Shown here: positions 13,710 through 25,760 of the stretch, piece by piece
How the letters are laid out: each line of letters begins with the position of its first letter
Position numbering within the stretch: position 1 is the stretch's first letter
Assembly (NCBI GenBank): GCA_051294375.1
Contig: CM119271.1
Span: forward strand, 10,259,225 to 10,323,224
Reading direction: 5' to 3'
DNA from: Paraspadella gotoi
Taxonomy: Eukaryota; Animalia; Chaetognatha
DNA length: 64,000 nucleotides
Notes under the pieces: model-generated
Database searches by the model: none
What the model was told of the DNA's origin: nothing
The model's input: the letters and a program-made list of their open reading frames with translations, nothing else
Position numbers and translations under genes: made by a program

Positions 13710-13990
13710 CGATGACGACGAAACGTACGACGAACAAAACGTCAACGACGAACTAATCGCCGAACAACGACAACGTAATGACGCTGACGAATTGACAAAT
13801 AACATCGAAGAACCATGACGAACTACAAGAACTATGACGAACTTCTCGACGAACCATGACGACCATAACGAACTACGGACGACTATGACCGAAGCTACAG
13901 AAAACTATGACGAACTACGACGAACTACGAACGACGAACTAACGACGGACTACCGACGTAACTATACTACGACGAACTACGGACGAAAGA
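13710..13990. repeat. ACGAACT/ACG-based satellite; copies at ~24645-24890 and ~30380-30538
   Basis: Repeated GACGAACTAC/GACGAACCAT units. Confidence 0.85.
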
Positions 13991-14327
13991 CGATCGAAAT
14001 CCGATTCTTCGCAGTTCGATGAGTTTTCGTCGATGACCAGTCAACGTCGCCTTTGAACTTTCGTCAACTCCGCGACCTATGCCCGACGTCTCCCCCTTAC
14101 GTCTCTCTCTCTCTCACTCCTCCTCATCCCTGTGCTGCATCGCTCCAGCTGGTCGGTCTCACTCACATGCTGTCACGCGAGCAGAGTCTCTCTCATCTCT
14201 TGTCTCTCTCATCTCTTCTCTCTCTCTCTCTCCCTATTCTTCTCTCTTCTCAGTTTCTCTCGTCTTCTCGTTTCTCTCGTTTCAAACCCCCGGTCCCAAC
14301 TTAAAGACCCGCTCCTGGGGGTCTTTT

Positions 14328-14897
14328 GACGCTTGATCCCGGAACCTGCGTCACCACGCAGCGGACCGCGTCACTTGCCCCTCTTCTCCTCTCGCCCACT
14401 TTGTATTTTCCCTTTTCTGGTTTTCCCTTTTTCTCCTGTCCCCGTCTTCTGTCCCGAGGATCGGCATTAGTACGGACTCGATCCCTGGTATATATATCCG
14501 ATCCGAGGACGGACGCGAACCGGCCTTGGGGACATGGAAAAACAACCACCCCTCATAGCCTGGTTCCAAGCCGCAGGAGTTCCCATGGCCGCTAGAGGGG
14601 GTTTCACAAAGAAAGTTTGCCGGATAGCAACTTTCGCAGCCTAACTTAGGGAGCGCCATATCACAATGCCTTACCAGCACCGCCCCCCCTCACTTTCGCC
14701 CGCCAAGCAAGTCCGGCACACGCACCTCCTTTCAATGCCCTCCAACTCCGCTTCCCGTGCCCGCGCCTTCAGGGTCGCCCACAGGGGTCACACCACCATC
14801 TTTTGATCGGTGGTTCGGGGTTGGCTTTTCCCCTCCTAGCATGCCGTCCGGGTCGGGAGTCATTCCTTCAACGGAGTTTTCCGGCCCCGCAGTGTCA
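14328..14897. mobile_element. Possible solo LTR or other GC-rich interspersed element (copies ~25140-25675, ~30810-31278)
   Basis: GC-rich island between CT tracts; ends TGACGCT...CAGTGTCA form an imperfect inverted TG..CA pair; internal TATATATA; no clear TSD. Confidence 0.3.
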
Positions 14898-15464
14898 CCC
14901 TCGTCATCTTTTTCCCCCTTAAGCTCCTTTCTTTTTTTTTTAAATTTCTTTTGTTCTTTTTCCGTTTTTTTTTTTTTTTTTTTTTTTTATTTTCTTTTTT
15001 TACTTTTCTTCTTTTCTCTCCTCTATTTTCTTCTTCTTTCTCTTCTCTCTTCCTCTTTCTCTTCTCTTCTCCTTTTTTATTCCCTCTTCTCTTTTTCCCC
15101 TGTTCCCTCTTCCCCCTTTTTCTTCCTTCATTCTCCTTTTTTTTTTTTTTTCCTTCTCTCCCCCCTTCTTTTCCGGTTCGTTCTCTTCGGTTTTTTTTTC
15201 CCTTCTTTTCTTTTTCTTTTCTTACGCTTTTTCCTCTCTTTTTTTTGTTCCTTTTCTCTTATCTCTTTCTAATTCTCTTTTCTCCTTACCTCTTCTTCTT
15301 CTCTTCTCTCTTTTTCTCTTCTCCCCTCCCTCTTCCTCGTTTCCTCTTCTCTTGTCTTTCTTTTAAGGTTTTATCATTTTTCTTTTTACTGTTTTTAATT
15401 TTTATACTTTTCTTTTTTTATATAATACTTTTTCTTTTTTTTTTTTCTCCTCTCTCTTTTTTTC

Positions 15465-15548
<84 letters not shown>

Positions 15549-17501
15549 TTTTTTTTCCTCCTCTTCTTTGTAATCTTTCTTCTCCTTCTTCTCAATCCTT
15601 CTGTCCGTCCCCTGCCGCTCTTCTTTTTTTATCATTATTATTTTCCGCCGAAAGTCCAGAAATCTTCTCAAAACTTCATAAATTCCCGCGTTTGAATGTC
15701 CTCTCGATGTCTCTTCACCTTCGAACTAGTTATAAATCCTTTCTCTCGCCGACTTAAGGAAACCTCTGCGTTCCATTTCTCTTTCTCGCTCTTTCACTTC
15801 CTTTTTTTCCCCTTCTTTTCCTTCCCTCCCCTTTATCGTTCTCTTTTCAATATTTCCTTTCCTTCCGATTTCCTCCATTTTCCTCCCTTCTTTTCTCCTA
15901 TTGCCTCATTAATATTCTTTTACCCTCCTCCCATTCCTGCCTCTTTTTCAAGTCTTCATAAACCTATTCTTCCCTCCCCCTTTTTTCTCTTTCAATCTCT
16001 CTTCTTCTTCTTTTCTCCGCTACTTTCTCCTTTGCTCTCCGTCTCTCGCCTGCCTGTCTTCTCTTACTTCTTTCCTCCACGCTCTCTACGCTTCCTTCCC
16101 TCTCTTTTTGTTTCACTCTTCCCCCCTATCCCTTTATCTTTCTCCTTATCCGTTCCTACCTTTCTCACTCGCTTTTTCATCCCTTACATCTTTCCCTCTC
16201 CCTTCCTCCTTTCCCTCTCCCTTCCTTCTTCCCTCCCCCGCCTCTCTTTCCTTAGAAGACGAAGAAAAGAATAAAAAATCAACGTTCGCAAATGCGAAGA
16301 TGCGATCAAAAACGTTACGATCAAAGCGATGCGCATCAGAAAATACTTCTTCGCCTTTCGGCTCCTCGTTCGTTTTGCAATTCCGTTCAGACATCGCTTT
16401 TTTTTTTTTTTTTTTTTCCGCCTGACGCGATTTTCTTTCTTACCCCCGGCGCCCGAAAGGTTTACCTTTTTTCTTTTGTACTGTCGGGTCGTCTGTCTGT
16501 CCTATTCGTCTGTCCCTGCTCTGTCTCTCTGTCAGTCTCTCTTACGTTTTAAAATGGCTTTTAGATATTCGAGGGTTTTTTGTAACCCGGCAAATCATTT
16601 TTAATTAATTTACTCGGTAGTAGATGCATAATTTTGCCTACATGTATGCAAACGCGTTCAATTCGTCCCGGTTCTGTGTTTTTCTCTCCCTTCCGCTTCT
16701 CTCCCCTCTCACTACTTCGGATATCTTTCCTCGCCTCTCTCTCTTCTTCGCCTCTATTCCCTCCCCTCTTGTAACGTCCCTCCCTCATCCTCTCTCTTTC
16801 ATTCGCGCAGTCTCTTCCCCGAATCCGTTCCAAAAAAAAAAAACACGCGGGAGATTTCTCGTTTTCAAATGTTCCGCAAATTTTGGGTTCAAGTGCTTTC
16901 GACTTTTCCTTTTTATTTTTTAGCTTTCGTTTTTTCTTGTTTCCTCTTTGTTTTGTTTTTTTTTTTAGATTTATGTTGTTTCTCGTGTTTCCAATCATAT
17001 TATATAGCCTTTAAGAAACACCATATTTCTATTAGTTTTGATTAAATTTTTTTATTAAAATCGCAAAAAGCAGTAATTGATTAAATGAAAATTACAAAAA
17101 TTGAAGAATTTATTTTTAAGTAGTTTTGAAAGTTTGCAGGGTTTCTGCCTTATGTCAGCTATCTCGTAAGAGCCTTAGCGGCATCATGTCTATCCAAATC
17201 AAGGGGGGCGAGATAGCAAGTTTATTGGATTGCATAGTCAACATTTTTTATATTGCGGCACGCAAAATCCTGTAAAGACAAAAAAAAATCCAAACCGAGG
17301 CAAAAAAAAACAAAAACAAAAAAAAACAACAACATCAAATTTCTTTCCTCAAAGCGCCTTTTGTTCAGCTACCGCTTTTTTTTTCTCGTCGAGATGGCGC
17401 GCAGGTTCTCTGCTCATTTGTCGACAAAAAAAGAAAAACAAATGTACACTCCCAGTTAATGGATTTGAGAAGTAGAAATTCCCCTTTCCCCGTCAACTTA
17501 C

Positions 17502-17594
17502 GATAATTAGTAAGACAAAGTAAATCCAATCCCAAAAGGAGTGGGCATCCTGGACGTAGTACATAATATCAGTCCACCCTTCGAGGCTAATGAC
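17502..17594 (-). CDS. Cav3: Cav3 domain I selectivity-filter/S6-start exon, copy B
   Basis: 93 nt, CAG/GTAAG, phase 0/0. [31 protein letters not shown] with the domain I filter Glu (SLEGW). Confidence 0.95.
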
Positions 17595-17817
17595 CTGAGA
17601 AAATGAATCATTCTATTTTTTTTTTTTACATTTTTAAAATGAAAATAAAATAACAGCCCGTCGGAAAAAAATCCCGACGAGCCTGAAAAAGATTGAAAAG
17701 AGAAGCGTTGTGTGAAATCGAATTTTATTCTTTAATCATCTTTATTCATTCGTTATTCTTAAGCGATAAAATGATCTAAACGCGTTACATTTACATGACA
17801 TGACATTTACAAATTAC

Positions 17818-17900
17818 CTGGAAAATGGCGACCCACGCTAATCCGATGTTGTCAAAGGAAATCGCTCCTTGAAAGGGATTCTTTGACCCAGGCTTACACT
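17818..17900 (-). CDS. Cav3: Cav3 domain I pore-helix exon, copy B
   Basis: 83 nt, phase 1/0; (E)[27 protein letters not shown]. Confidence 0.95.
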
Positions 17901-18018
17901 CTGCCGTCAAAAAACAAAAAAAAAAAAACAAAAAACAAAAAAAACATCGATTGAATTAATATTTAAATCAATATTTAAAATTGATACTTAACCATAACGC
18001 TAACGCCGCCAGATTTAC

Positions 18019-18131
18019 CTGTATAATACTGATTCCAATTAACACATGATTCGTTCTTAAGGTTACTAGCGTTATAAAATGACTCATAGGGAATTGCTGT
18101 TTCGTTGCAGAATTGGCCATCAATCTTCAGG
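18019..18131 (-). CDS. Cav3: Cav3 domain I extracellular turret exon, copy B
   Basis: 113 nt, phase 2/1; LKIDGQFCNETAIPYESFYNASNLKNESCVNWNQYYT. Confidence 0.94.
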
Positions 18132-19532
18132 CTGTTTGGGGGATTTGTTAAGGGGGAGAGAGGAAGGGAGGAGGAGAAAAAGGAGGGGAAGGGAGGAGAG
18201 AGAAAAGGAGAAGGGGAGGGGAAAAGGGGGAAGGGAAAAGAGGGAAGGGAAGTCGGGAAGGGGGAATAAGAAGGAGAAGGGAAAGAGGGACAGGAATGGA
18301 AGTGGAAAGGGGGGAATAGGAAGGGGAAATAGGGAGGAGATGGGGGAAAAAGAGATTTACGGACGGGGGATGGGAAGGGGGAAATAAGAAGGGAGGGGAT
18401 AGGGGGAATGAAAGAGGAAAAGGGGGGAATAAGAAGGGGAAGGGAAAAGAAGAGAGGAAGGGGGAAGAGAGAGGGACGCGGGAGGGATAAAGAAAAGCAG
18501 GAGAAAGGGAAAACCGAATGAGGAAGGGGATTAGAAAGAGAATAATAAAGAATAATTTTAAATAGAGAGAGATAATAACAACGGATAAAAATACACAATA
18601 TAGTTTTGAAAGAGAAAACTTTCGATTATAAACATAGAATGACATTCTACAATGTAAGTATTTCAGATCAGAATAGCTTCATACAACAAAAAAACAATGG
18701 TAAAATTTTTGCATATTTAATTATTTATATATATTTATTGCTTATTCGTTTATTATCTTTTCTGAGACTTGGTCTGTGGTATGTTAAATATATTTGCAGC
18801 TTGTTGTATTAAAATTAAATCGGGATTATATTTATTACTGGTATTAAGGAGTGGAGCACTGGGGAACATAAATTTTATTTGAGTGATCAAACAAGGATAT
18901 TTAGACGTGAGATAGTATATGATTAAGAAGTACAAAAAATATTTTGCTTATATTGTTTGGGGAAACAGTATCATTAATTACAATATATTTAATAGTAATA
19001 TTCTTATAAAATCATAAATTTTCAAAATATTTTTAAAAAAATTTTTATTTAAAGATTCTGATTCTTCTTCAAAAAGTTAGATCAAAAATATAAAATATTT
19101 TTATTAAAAATTTCAATGTCTTCAGCATCAAAAAATGGAAAAAAAAGGTCAAATTCTCTACTTTTTTAATACTTTGTAATAGAAACTTATATTGATGAAA
19201 CGTTTTGGTCATTTTTCGCAGCTTTAACCTAAAAATATTCATGTAACATATTTTACAAAAAGTTTTACAGTTTTTTTCCGGCGAATCCAAAACTGTTTCT
19301 TAAAATTAAAAAAATATGATTTTTTAAAATTTTATGATTTTTATAAGTATATTACTATAAAAAAAAATTCATTAATATACTGTTATGCAATTCTTTTTTT
19401 TAAAAAGGGCTTAATTATTTTATATTACATATACAAAGGCAGCAAAAAAAACATTGTTCTATCGCTCAATCTTTTCATCACTCCACCCTACTGGGTATAG
19501 AATAGATATTACATATTACAGTATATACTTAC

Positions 19533-19684
19533 GGTGGTATAGCTGAGCACGTTTGCATCCCATTCGATTTTGGTTTTCCGCAGATAAAATCGCCGCTGGT
19601 TCTTGTGTCGATGTAGTAGAGGGGAAGGTCACCGATTCTGGTCCATGAGATTGAAAGGTAAGTTAAGGACTCGACCAATGGGCT
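19533..19684 (-). CDS. Cav3: Cav3 domain I extracellular turret exon, copy B
   Basis: TAG acceptor, GTAAG donor; ...LPLYYIDTRTSGDFICGKPKSNGMQTCSAIP(P) matches the Cav3 YY..FIC..NGM..C pattern; 5' phase slightly uncertain. Confidence 0.9.
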
Positions 19685-20097
19685 CTATTTCCCAAAAGCG
19701 CCCGATTTCTGAACCTAATTTTATTTATAATATGAAATTGGTACAACCAATATAAATTTAATATAAATAATATATATTTAATTCTAATCTGTTTCTAAAC
19801 TCGTAAATTCAAGAACTAACTCTGACATAATCATTGACTCTAACATGAAGCCCTCGAGCTCATTGTTAATCTTAAATGTATGCAGACTTACATAATGCTT
19901 AATAGTATTTCTAGCCAAATCGCGTATTTAACAAATCTGTATGAATCTAAGTCGACTTAAATCATCGCATCAGTTTTACTCGTCCCGTCCGATAGAGGGC
20001 CTAACAACCCTTCAACAACCTCTCAACGCCCACTCAACAGCCCCCCCACTTCGTTCGCCCACCTCTTCCACAACCCCACCCCGCGTAAATAACTCAC

Positions 20098-20210
20098 CCC
20101 CAGTAAATCGCCGATTGGTTTAGGAAGCATCTGTTTCTCAAGAGACCCGCCCACAGCTGAACGCCGACGATGCCGAATATGAAGAAGACGAAGAAACACA
20201 GTAGCAAAAC
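20098..20210 (-). CDS. Cav3: Cav3 domain I S5 exon, copy B (5' part lost in N gap)
   Basis: [37 protein letters not shown] followed by GTGAG donor. Confidence 0.93.
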
Positions 20211-21464
20211 NNNNNNNNNNNNNNNNNNNNNNNNNNNNNNNNNNNNNNNNNNNNNNNNNNNNNNNNNNNNNNNNNNNNNNNNNNNNNNNNNNNNNNNNNN
20301 NNNNNNNNNNNNNNNNNNNNNNNNNNNNNNNNNNNNNNNNNNNNNNNNNNNNNNNNNNNNNNNNNNNNNNNNNNNNNNNNNNNNNNNNNNNNNNNNNNNN
20401 NNNNNNNNNNNNNNNNNNNNNNNNNNNNNNNNNNNNNNNNNNNNNNNNNNNNNNNNNNNNNNNNNNNNNNNNNNNNNNNNNNNNNNNNNNNNNNNNNNNN
20501 NNNNNNNNNNNNNNNNNNNNNNNNNNNNNNNNNNNNNNNNNNNNNNNNNNNNNNNNNAGAGAGGGAGGAATGAAGGGCAAAGTCGACAGAGTTAAATGGA
20601 GGCAGGGAGAAAAAGTCGTTTGTATAAGAAGGACGCGGTGTAAATTAATTGTCTAATATCTGATACTTTTATTCAGATTTANNNNNNNNNNNNNNNNNNN
20701 NNNNNNNNNNNNNNNNNNNNNNNNNNNNNNNNNNNNNNNNNNNNNNNNNNNNNNNNNNNNNNNNNNNNNNNNNNNNNNNNNNNNNNNNNNNNNNNNNNNN
20801 NNNNNNNNNNNNNNNNNNNNNNNNNNNNNNNNNNNNNNNNNNNNNNNNNNNNNNNNNNNNNNNNNNNNNNNNNNNNNNNNNNNNNNNNNNNNNNNNNNNN
20901 NNNNNNNNNNNNNNNNNNNNNNNNNNNNNNNNNNNNNNNNNNNNNNNNNNNNNNNNNNNNNNNNNNNNNNNNNNNNNNNNNNNNNNNNNNNNNNNNNNNN
21001 NNNNNNNNNNNNNNNNNNNNNNNNNNNNNNNNNNNNNNNNNNNNNNNNNNNNNNNNNNNNNNNNNNNNNNNNNNNNNNNNNNNNNNNNNNNNNNNNNNNN
21101 NNNNNNNNNNNNNNNNNNNNNNNNNNNNNNNNNNNNNNNNNNNNNNNNNNNNNNNNNNNNNNNNNNNNNNNNNNNNNNNNNNNNNNNNNNNNNNNNNNNN
21201 NNNNNNNNNNNNNNNNNNNNNNNNNNNNNNNNNNNNNNNNNNNNNNNNNNNNNNNNNNNNNNNNNNNNNNNNNNNNNNNNNNNNNNNNNNNNNNNNNNNN
21301 NNNNNNNNNNNNNNNNNNNNNNNNNNNNNNNNNNNNNNNNNNNNNNNNNNNNNNNNNNNNNNNNNNNNNNNNNNNNNNNNNNNNNNNNNNNNNNNNNNNN
21401 NNNNNNNNNNNNNNNNNNNNNNNNNNNNNNNNNNNNNNNATTTTTATAGTTAAATTTTCATCTG

Positions 21465-21727
21465 TTGATATTCATTCATTTTTCAAATTCATTCATTCAT
21501 TCAAACGAAGATATTCATTCATTTTTCAATTTATTCATTCATTCAAACGAAGATATTCATTCATTTTTTCAATTCATTCATTCATTCATTCAAACGAAGA
21601 TATTCATTCATTTTTTCAATTTATTCATTCCTTCAAACGAAGATATACATTCATTTTTCGATTCATTCGTTCATTCAAACGAAGATATTCATTCATTTTT
21701 TCAATTCATTCAATCATTCAAACGAAG
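21465..21727. repeat. TTCA-rich ~32-36 bp minisatellite (TTCAAACGAAGATATTCATTCATTTTTCAA); duplicate at ~7615-8030
   Basis: About 7 tandem units starting ~20 nt into the intron after the S2-S3 exon. Confidence 0.9.
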
Positions 21728-21744
21728 TCCGTCTCGCGACTCAC

Positions 21745-21887
21745 GAGGCCATGACGATGAAACAGTCGAGCCGGTTCCACGTGTCCGAGAGGTAAGTGTT
21801 CTTCCCGGTAAATCCCATAGCGACGATTTTGATTAACATTTCAATGAGGAAGAAAAGGGAGATCAAATGGTCCAACATTTCTAACAC
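21745..21887 (-). CDS. Cav3: Cav3 domain I S2-S3 exon, copy B
   Basis: 143 nt, phase 0/2; VLEMLDHLISLFFLIEMLIKIVAMGFTGKNTYLSDTWNRLDCFIVMA. Confidence 0.95.
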
Positions 21888-22194
21888 CTGAACGGATAGA
21901 GAAAGGGGATAGAAAAGGGGGGATAGAATGAAAGACAGAATTTATGCAAATGAGTTCCGAGGCGAGAAAGGTAAAGTTGAAGTTCTTTTATCCGAGAGTG
22001 CCCCGTTTCTGTTTCGTTTATCTGAGAATTTCATTTTAATCTTAATATTTAATATGATATTAAATATCAAATATTTATAATAATAATAAATATATATAAT
22101 AATAGTAATTTTAATTCTAGAATAAAAATCATTGTTTACATATTTAATAAATTCTTTATAATAATAATAGTAATAATATATAATATAATATATA

Positions 22195-22345
22195 ACCTTA
22201 TCTTTAACCTTAACCCTAAACCATTATCGATTTTTCTTAATTTTTAACCCTAACCTCTTACCCTAAACACTCATCCCTAACCAAAATCCCTAATCTATAA
22301 CCTCTAACCTAATCTTTAACTAAAATAAAATTAACTCTAACTCCT
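22195..22345. repeat. Degenerate TAACCC/CCCTAA telomere-like tract; duplicate at ~8510-8665
   Basis: taacctta, taaccctaaa, taaccctaacc, ccctaa repeated. Confidence 0.55.
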
Positions 22346-22552
22346 CATTTAAGATGAAATGGGGCATTCTGGGAAAATAAAGCCAAAAAGAGGGAGGGGT
22401 TGGGGGAAAAAGTTGTAAGAGCAAACAATTAGATCGAGGACAAATGGGAAAGGAGGAGAAACGATTAAAAAAGGAACAGCCCTCCTCCTCCTCCTCCTCC
22501 TCCTCCTCCTCCTTTTTTACATCGACAAAGAAAAACATTGCGTCTCGGTTAC

Positions 22553-22655
22553 CTGGCAACGCGTTTGTAAACATTCTTCGTCGACGCAGGGAGTGTAGCT
22601 GCCCAGCGTGACGCAGTTCAACAGAATTACGGACATTGAAATCCGCTCGAACCAC
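22553..22655 (-). CDS. Cav3: Cav3 domain I S1 exon, copy B
   Basis: 103 nt, phase 2/0; [34 protein letters not shown]; GTAAC donor, AC acceptor. Confidence 0.95.
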
Positions 22656-22697
22656 GTGGAGAGGACGAGGAAGGAACGAAGACGAGGTTAAGGAAAA
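22656..22697 (-). promoter_or_regulatory. U12-type (minor spliceosome) 3' splice site: branch point TTTTCCTTAAC and AC acceptor
   Basis: Minus strand TTTTCCTTAAC-CTCGTCTTCGTTCCTTCCTCGTCCTCTCCAC|GTGGTTC. The nearest upstream AG would put TAA in frame. Position matches the known AT-AC intron before IS1 in voltage-gated Ca/Na channel genes. Confidence 0.88.
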
Positions 22698-23523
22698 CTC
22701 GATGCTCTTTTTTTTTTAATTAGGTTCATTTTCCAAGATGGCGGCGTCCAGGCATGCATTCGATTCGCACGTTATTTCATCAGCATCATAGAAAATTTGA
22801 TATATCATTCACCAACACATCACAATCACACGATAGTTTCATCACTTTATCACAGTCGATATAATTTAATCACAACCGTCTCCTTTTTCACGATAATTAT
22901 CTTTTCTTCACATTCAATGTCACTTTTCAAAAATCAAAGGGAAAAAAACNNNNNNNNNNNNNNNNNNNNNNNNNGAAACCTATAGATTAAATCGAAAGAA
23001 TAGATAATGTCCTAACTAATCCGAATCTCTCTCTCACAGATCTATCATCGATCTCTCATACTGCACAAGATCTCATAGATAAATAGAAAGTCTCTACAGT
23101 ACAATCATACAATAGTATACACACATCCATATTAAGATACAGAAGCAAGATAATAATAGACAAGAAACAGGATAAACAGTACAGATTACGTGATCAGTGA
23201 CAGAGATGATATAAATATGAGTAGTATAACTACTTCAAGAACTCGAATAATAGAATAATACAAGAAATACTATGATTAAATAACATCTACTTCTCCCTCC
23301 CTTTAAATCCGACACAGCTACTACAGAAACATGAATAATTCAGTCCTGATCTTCAGTTTTTGAGTTTATTATAAAACACAAAATCGTCACAATCTTTTTC
23401 GACTTTTGAAGTTTTTTCGCATTTAATTAAAGGGAGGGTTTTTTTTATTTGAAGTGGAAATTGTCATTCAAATTCGCGAATTTATTTCGCAAAGAAATTC
23501 TTTCCCGTTTTATGTGTTTCTTT

Positions 23524-23558
<35 letters not shown>

Positions 23559-23592
23559 AGAAGAGAGAGAGAGAGAGAGAGAGAGAAGAGAG

Positions 23593-23630
<38 letters not shown>

Positions 23631-23639
23631 AGAAGAGAA

Positions 23640-25729
23640 AGAAACAATAAGTTTTCCCCCCTCCCGTCGTTTCGGAGGGTGTCGCCCAGAAAGTGATCGA
23701 CGTTTCTCTTGCCTCTCTTCTCTCTCCTCTTCTACCCTCGCTCCTCTTCTCTCCTCCTTCTTCCTTTCTTTGAGAGGCGGGGCGTCGGGGGTGAGTCTTT
23801 GACCGACGATGGGTAAGTTTTTGAGAGGGTAGTGAGTTTTAATTGGATCGAGAAGGTGAGGGTTTGAGGTGGCGAGGATTAAATTAAGGGGCCGAATCAA
23901 GAATTAACGGGGGACCCTGATATCGCAAAGATTTGATTGAGTGACGAGGAAAGAAAAAACAAATTATTCAAAAAGTATTGGTTATTAAAATGAAAATGAA
24001 ATAAATGAGTACAAAAAACAAAATCAGGAATTATATAATTATATATACAACATAACATCTATTATTAATATGAAATATCCTAAAATCCTAATAATTATAT
24101 AATATTAAATGTACGGTACGGCGTAACAAAATTATCAGAAAATTTCTCTTTGCCAAAAAATTACCAGTGGAATACTTCGTCCCGTTTCTCTAGAGCTCGT
24201 CCCCCCTTAAAATCCACGCAAGGAAATGTCCAGATTTTCCAGACGGAGAAATTAAAAAAAAGGGTCACAATTTATTCGGACGACGGAGAAGGAAAAAGGA
24301 CAGGAGAATAAGGAAAAAGGAAAGGAAAAAAATGGGCCAGAGTTTCGGAAGATTAAATTGGGTCATCCTCTTGAGTTCCGAGTCTTTGGCCAATGAATAG
24401 ATACGGGCGGGCCGACTGGACGAATTAAAAAAAAGTTATCTTTAATGTATTAATTTATACTTATTATTAATTAAATGATATTTAAAACGAACTAGGTACC
24501 CCCTATGGTGAGACATACTTCAAGCGAAACACTAGCTTTCGTAGCAACTGGAAACGACGTGTAAAACTTCTTTTTCCTGTTTCAAGTCTTCGCATCTACA
24601 GTGGTCCCTTTCATCTCTCGCTCTAATCAGTTTTCCGATCATCGATGAACCACGAACTACGACGAACGTCAACGAACGAACTACGACGAAACAACGACAA
24701 CGAGACTGACGAGGAATGACAAATACATCGAAGAACATGACGAACTCAAAGAACTATGACGAACTTCGACGAACATGACGAAAACCATAAACGACACTAC
24801 GAACGACGAACTAGTGACGAACTTAGACGACAACTACGAACGGAACTACGACGACTACGACGGACTACGGATGGACGAACTACGACGAAAATAAAAGACC
24901 TGATCGAATTCGATTCTTTTTCGCCGTTCGATAGTTTTTCGTCGATGAACCTCAACGTTCGCCTTTGAACTTTCGTCAACCAGCGAAACCCTTCACGTTT
25001 CTCTCTCTCGTCTCTCCAGTCCTCGTCTCTCTCTCCTCTTCTCTCTCTCTCTTCTCTCCTTCTCTCTCCTCTCTCTCTCTCTCTCTTTCCAATCAACACA
25101 CCCCGCCGTCCCATTAAAAGAGACCCCCTCCTGGGCCGTCTTGGACGCTTGCAATCCCGGACCCTACTGCGTCACCCGCAGCGAACCCGTCCAACGCGCC
25201 CTCTTTCCCTCTCGCCCACTTTTGTATTTCCCTTTTCCTGTTTTCCCCTTTTCTGTCCCCGCTTTTTTCCTTTGGTCCCGCGCATCGGCATTAGGTACCT
25301 GGACTCGATCCCCGATGGGTTAATATATCCCGAAGGACGGGGGGGACGAAACCGCCATTGGGGACATGAAAAACCCTCAAGCTGTTCCAAGCCCAGGAAC
25401 CCGGTTCAGCCGCTAGAGGGGTTTCAAGAAGTTGCGGATACACCGCAGCCTACTTAGTCGCCATATCCACACCATTACCCCCCCACGCACTTCGCCGCCC
25501 ACATCGGCACAGCACCCCTTTTCATCCATTCCAACTCCCTCCCCTGCCCGCGCCCTTCAGGGGTCGCCCCACAGGGTCCAACCCACCATCTTATCGTGGT
25601 CGGGCTTTTCTCCCTAGAGCCATCGCCGTCGTCGGGAGTCATTCTCTTCCAACGAGTTTCGCCCCGCAGTGTCCACCACCGCTCCTCCTTTCCCTTAGCT
25701 TTCCTTTTTTTTAATTCTTTTTTCTTTTC

Positions 25730-25760
<31 letters not shown>

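Larger units (their letters stand above)
2930..17280. repeat. Tandem segmental duplication, copy A (~14.3 kb)
   Basis: Colinear with 17270-32685 plus 38751-38986; differences mostly single-base indels. Confidence 0.92.

Noticed and set aside
21465-21727. Repeat arrays here and at 50920-51025 as CRISPR-like
   Set aside because: Head-to-tail units without unique spacers in a spliceosomal eukaryotic gene; no cas genes.
22975-23290. Unique A-rich insert in copy B
   Set aside because: Follows a gap, replaces a CT microsatellite of copy A and looks like low-quality read noise.
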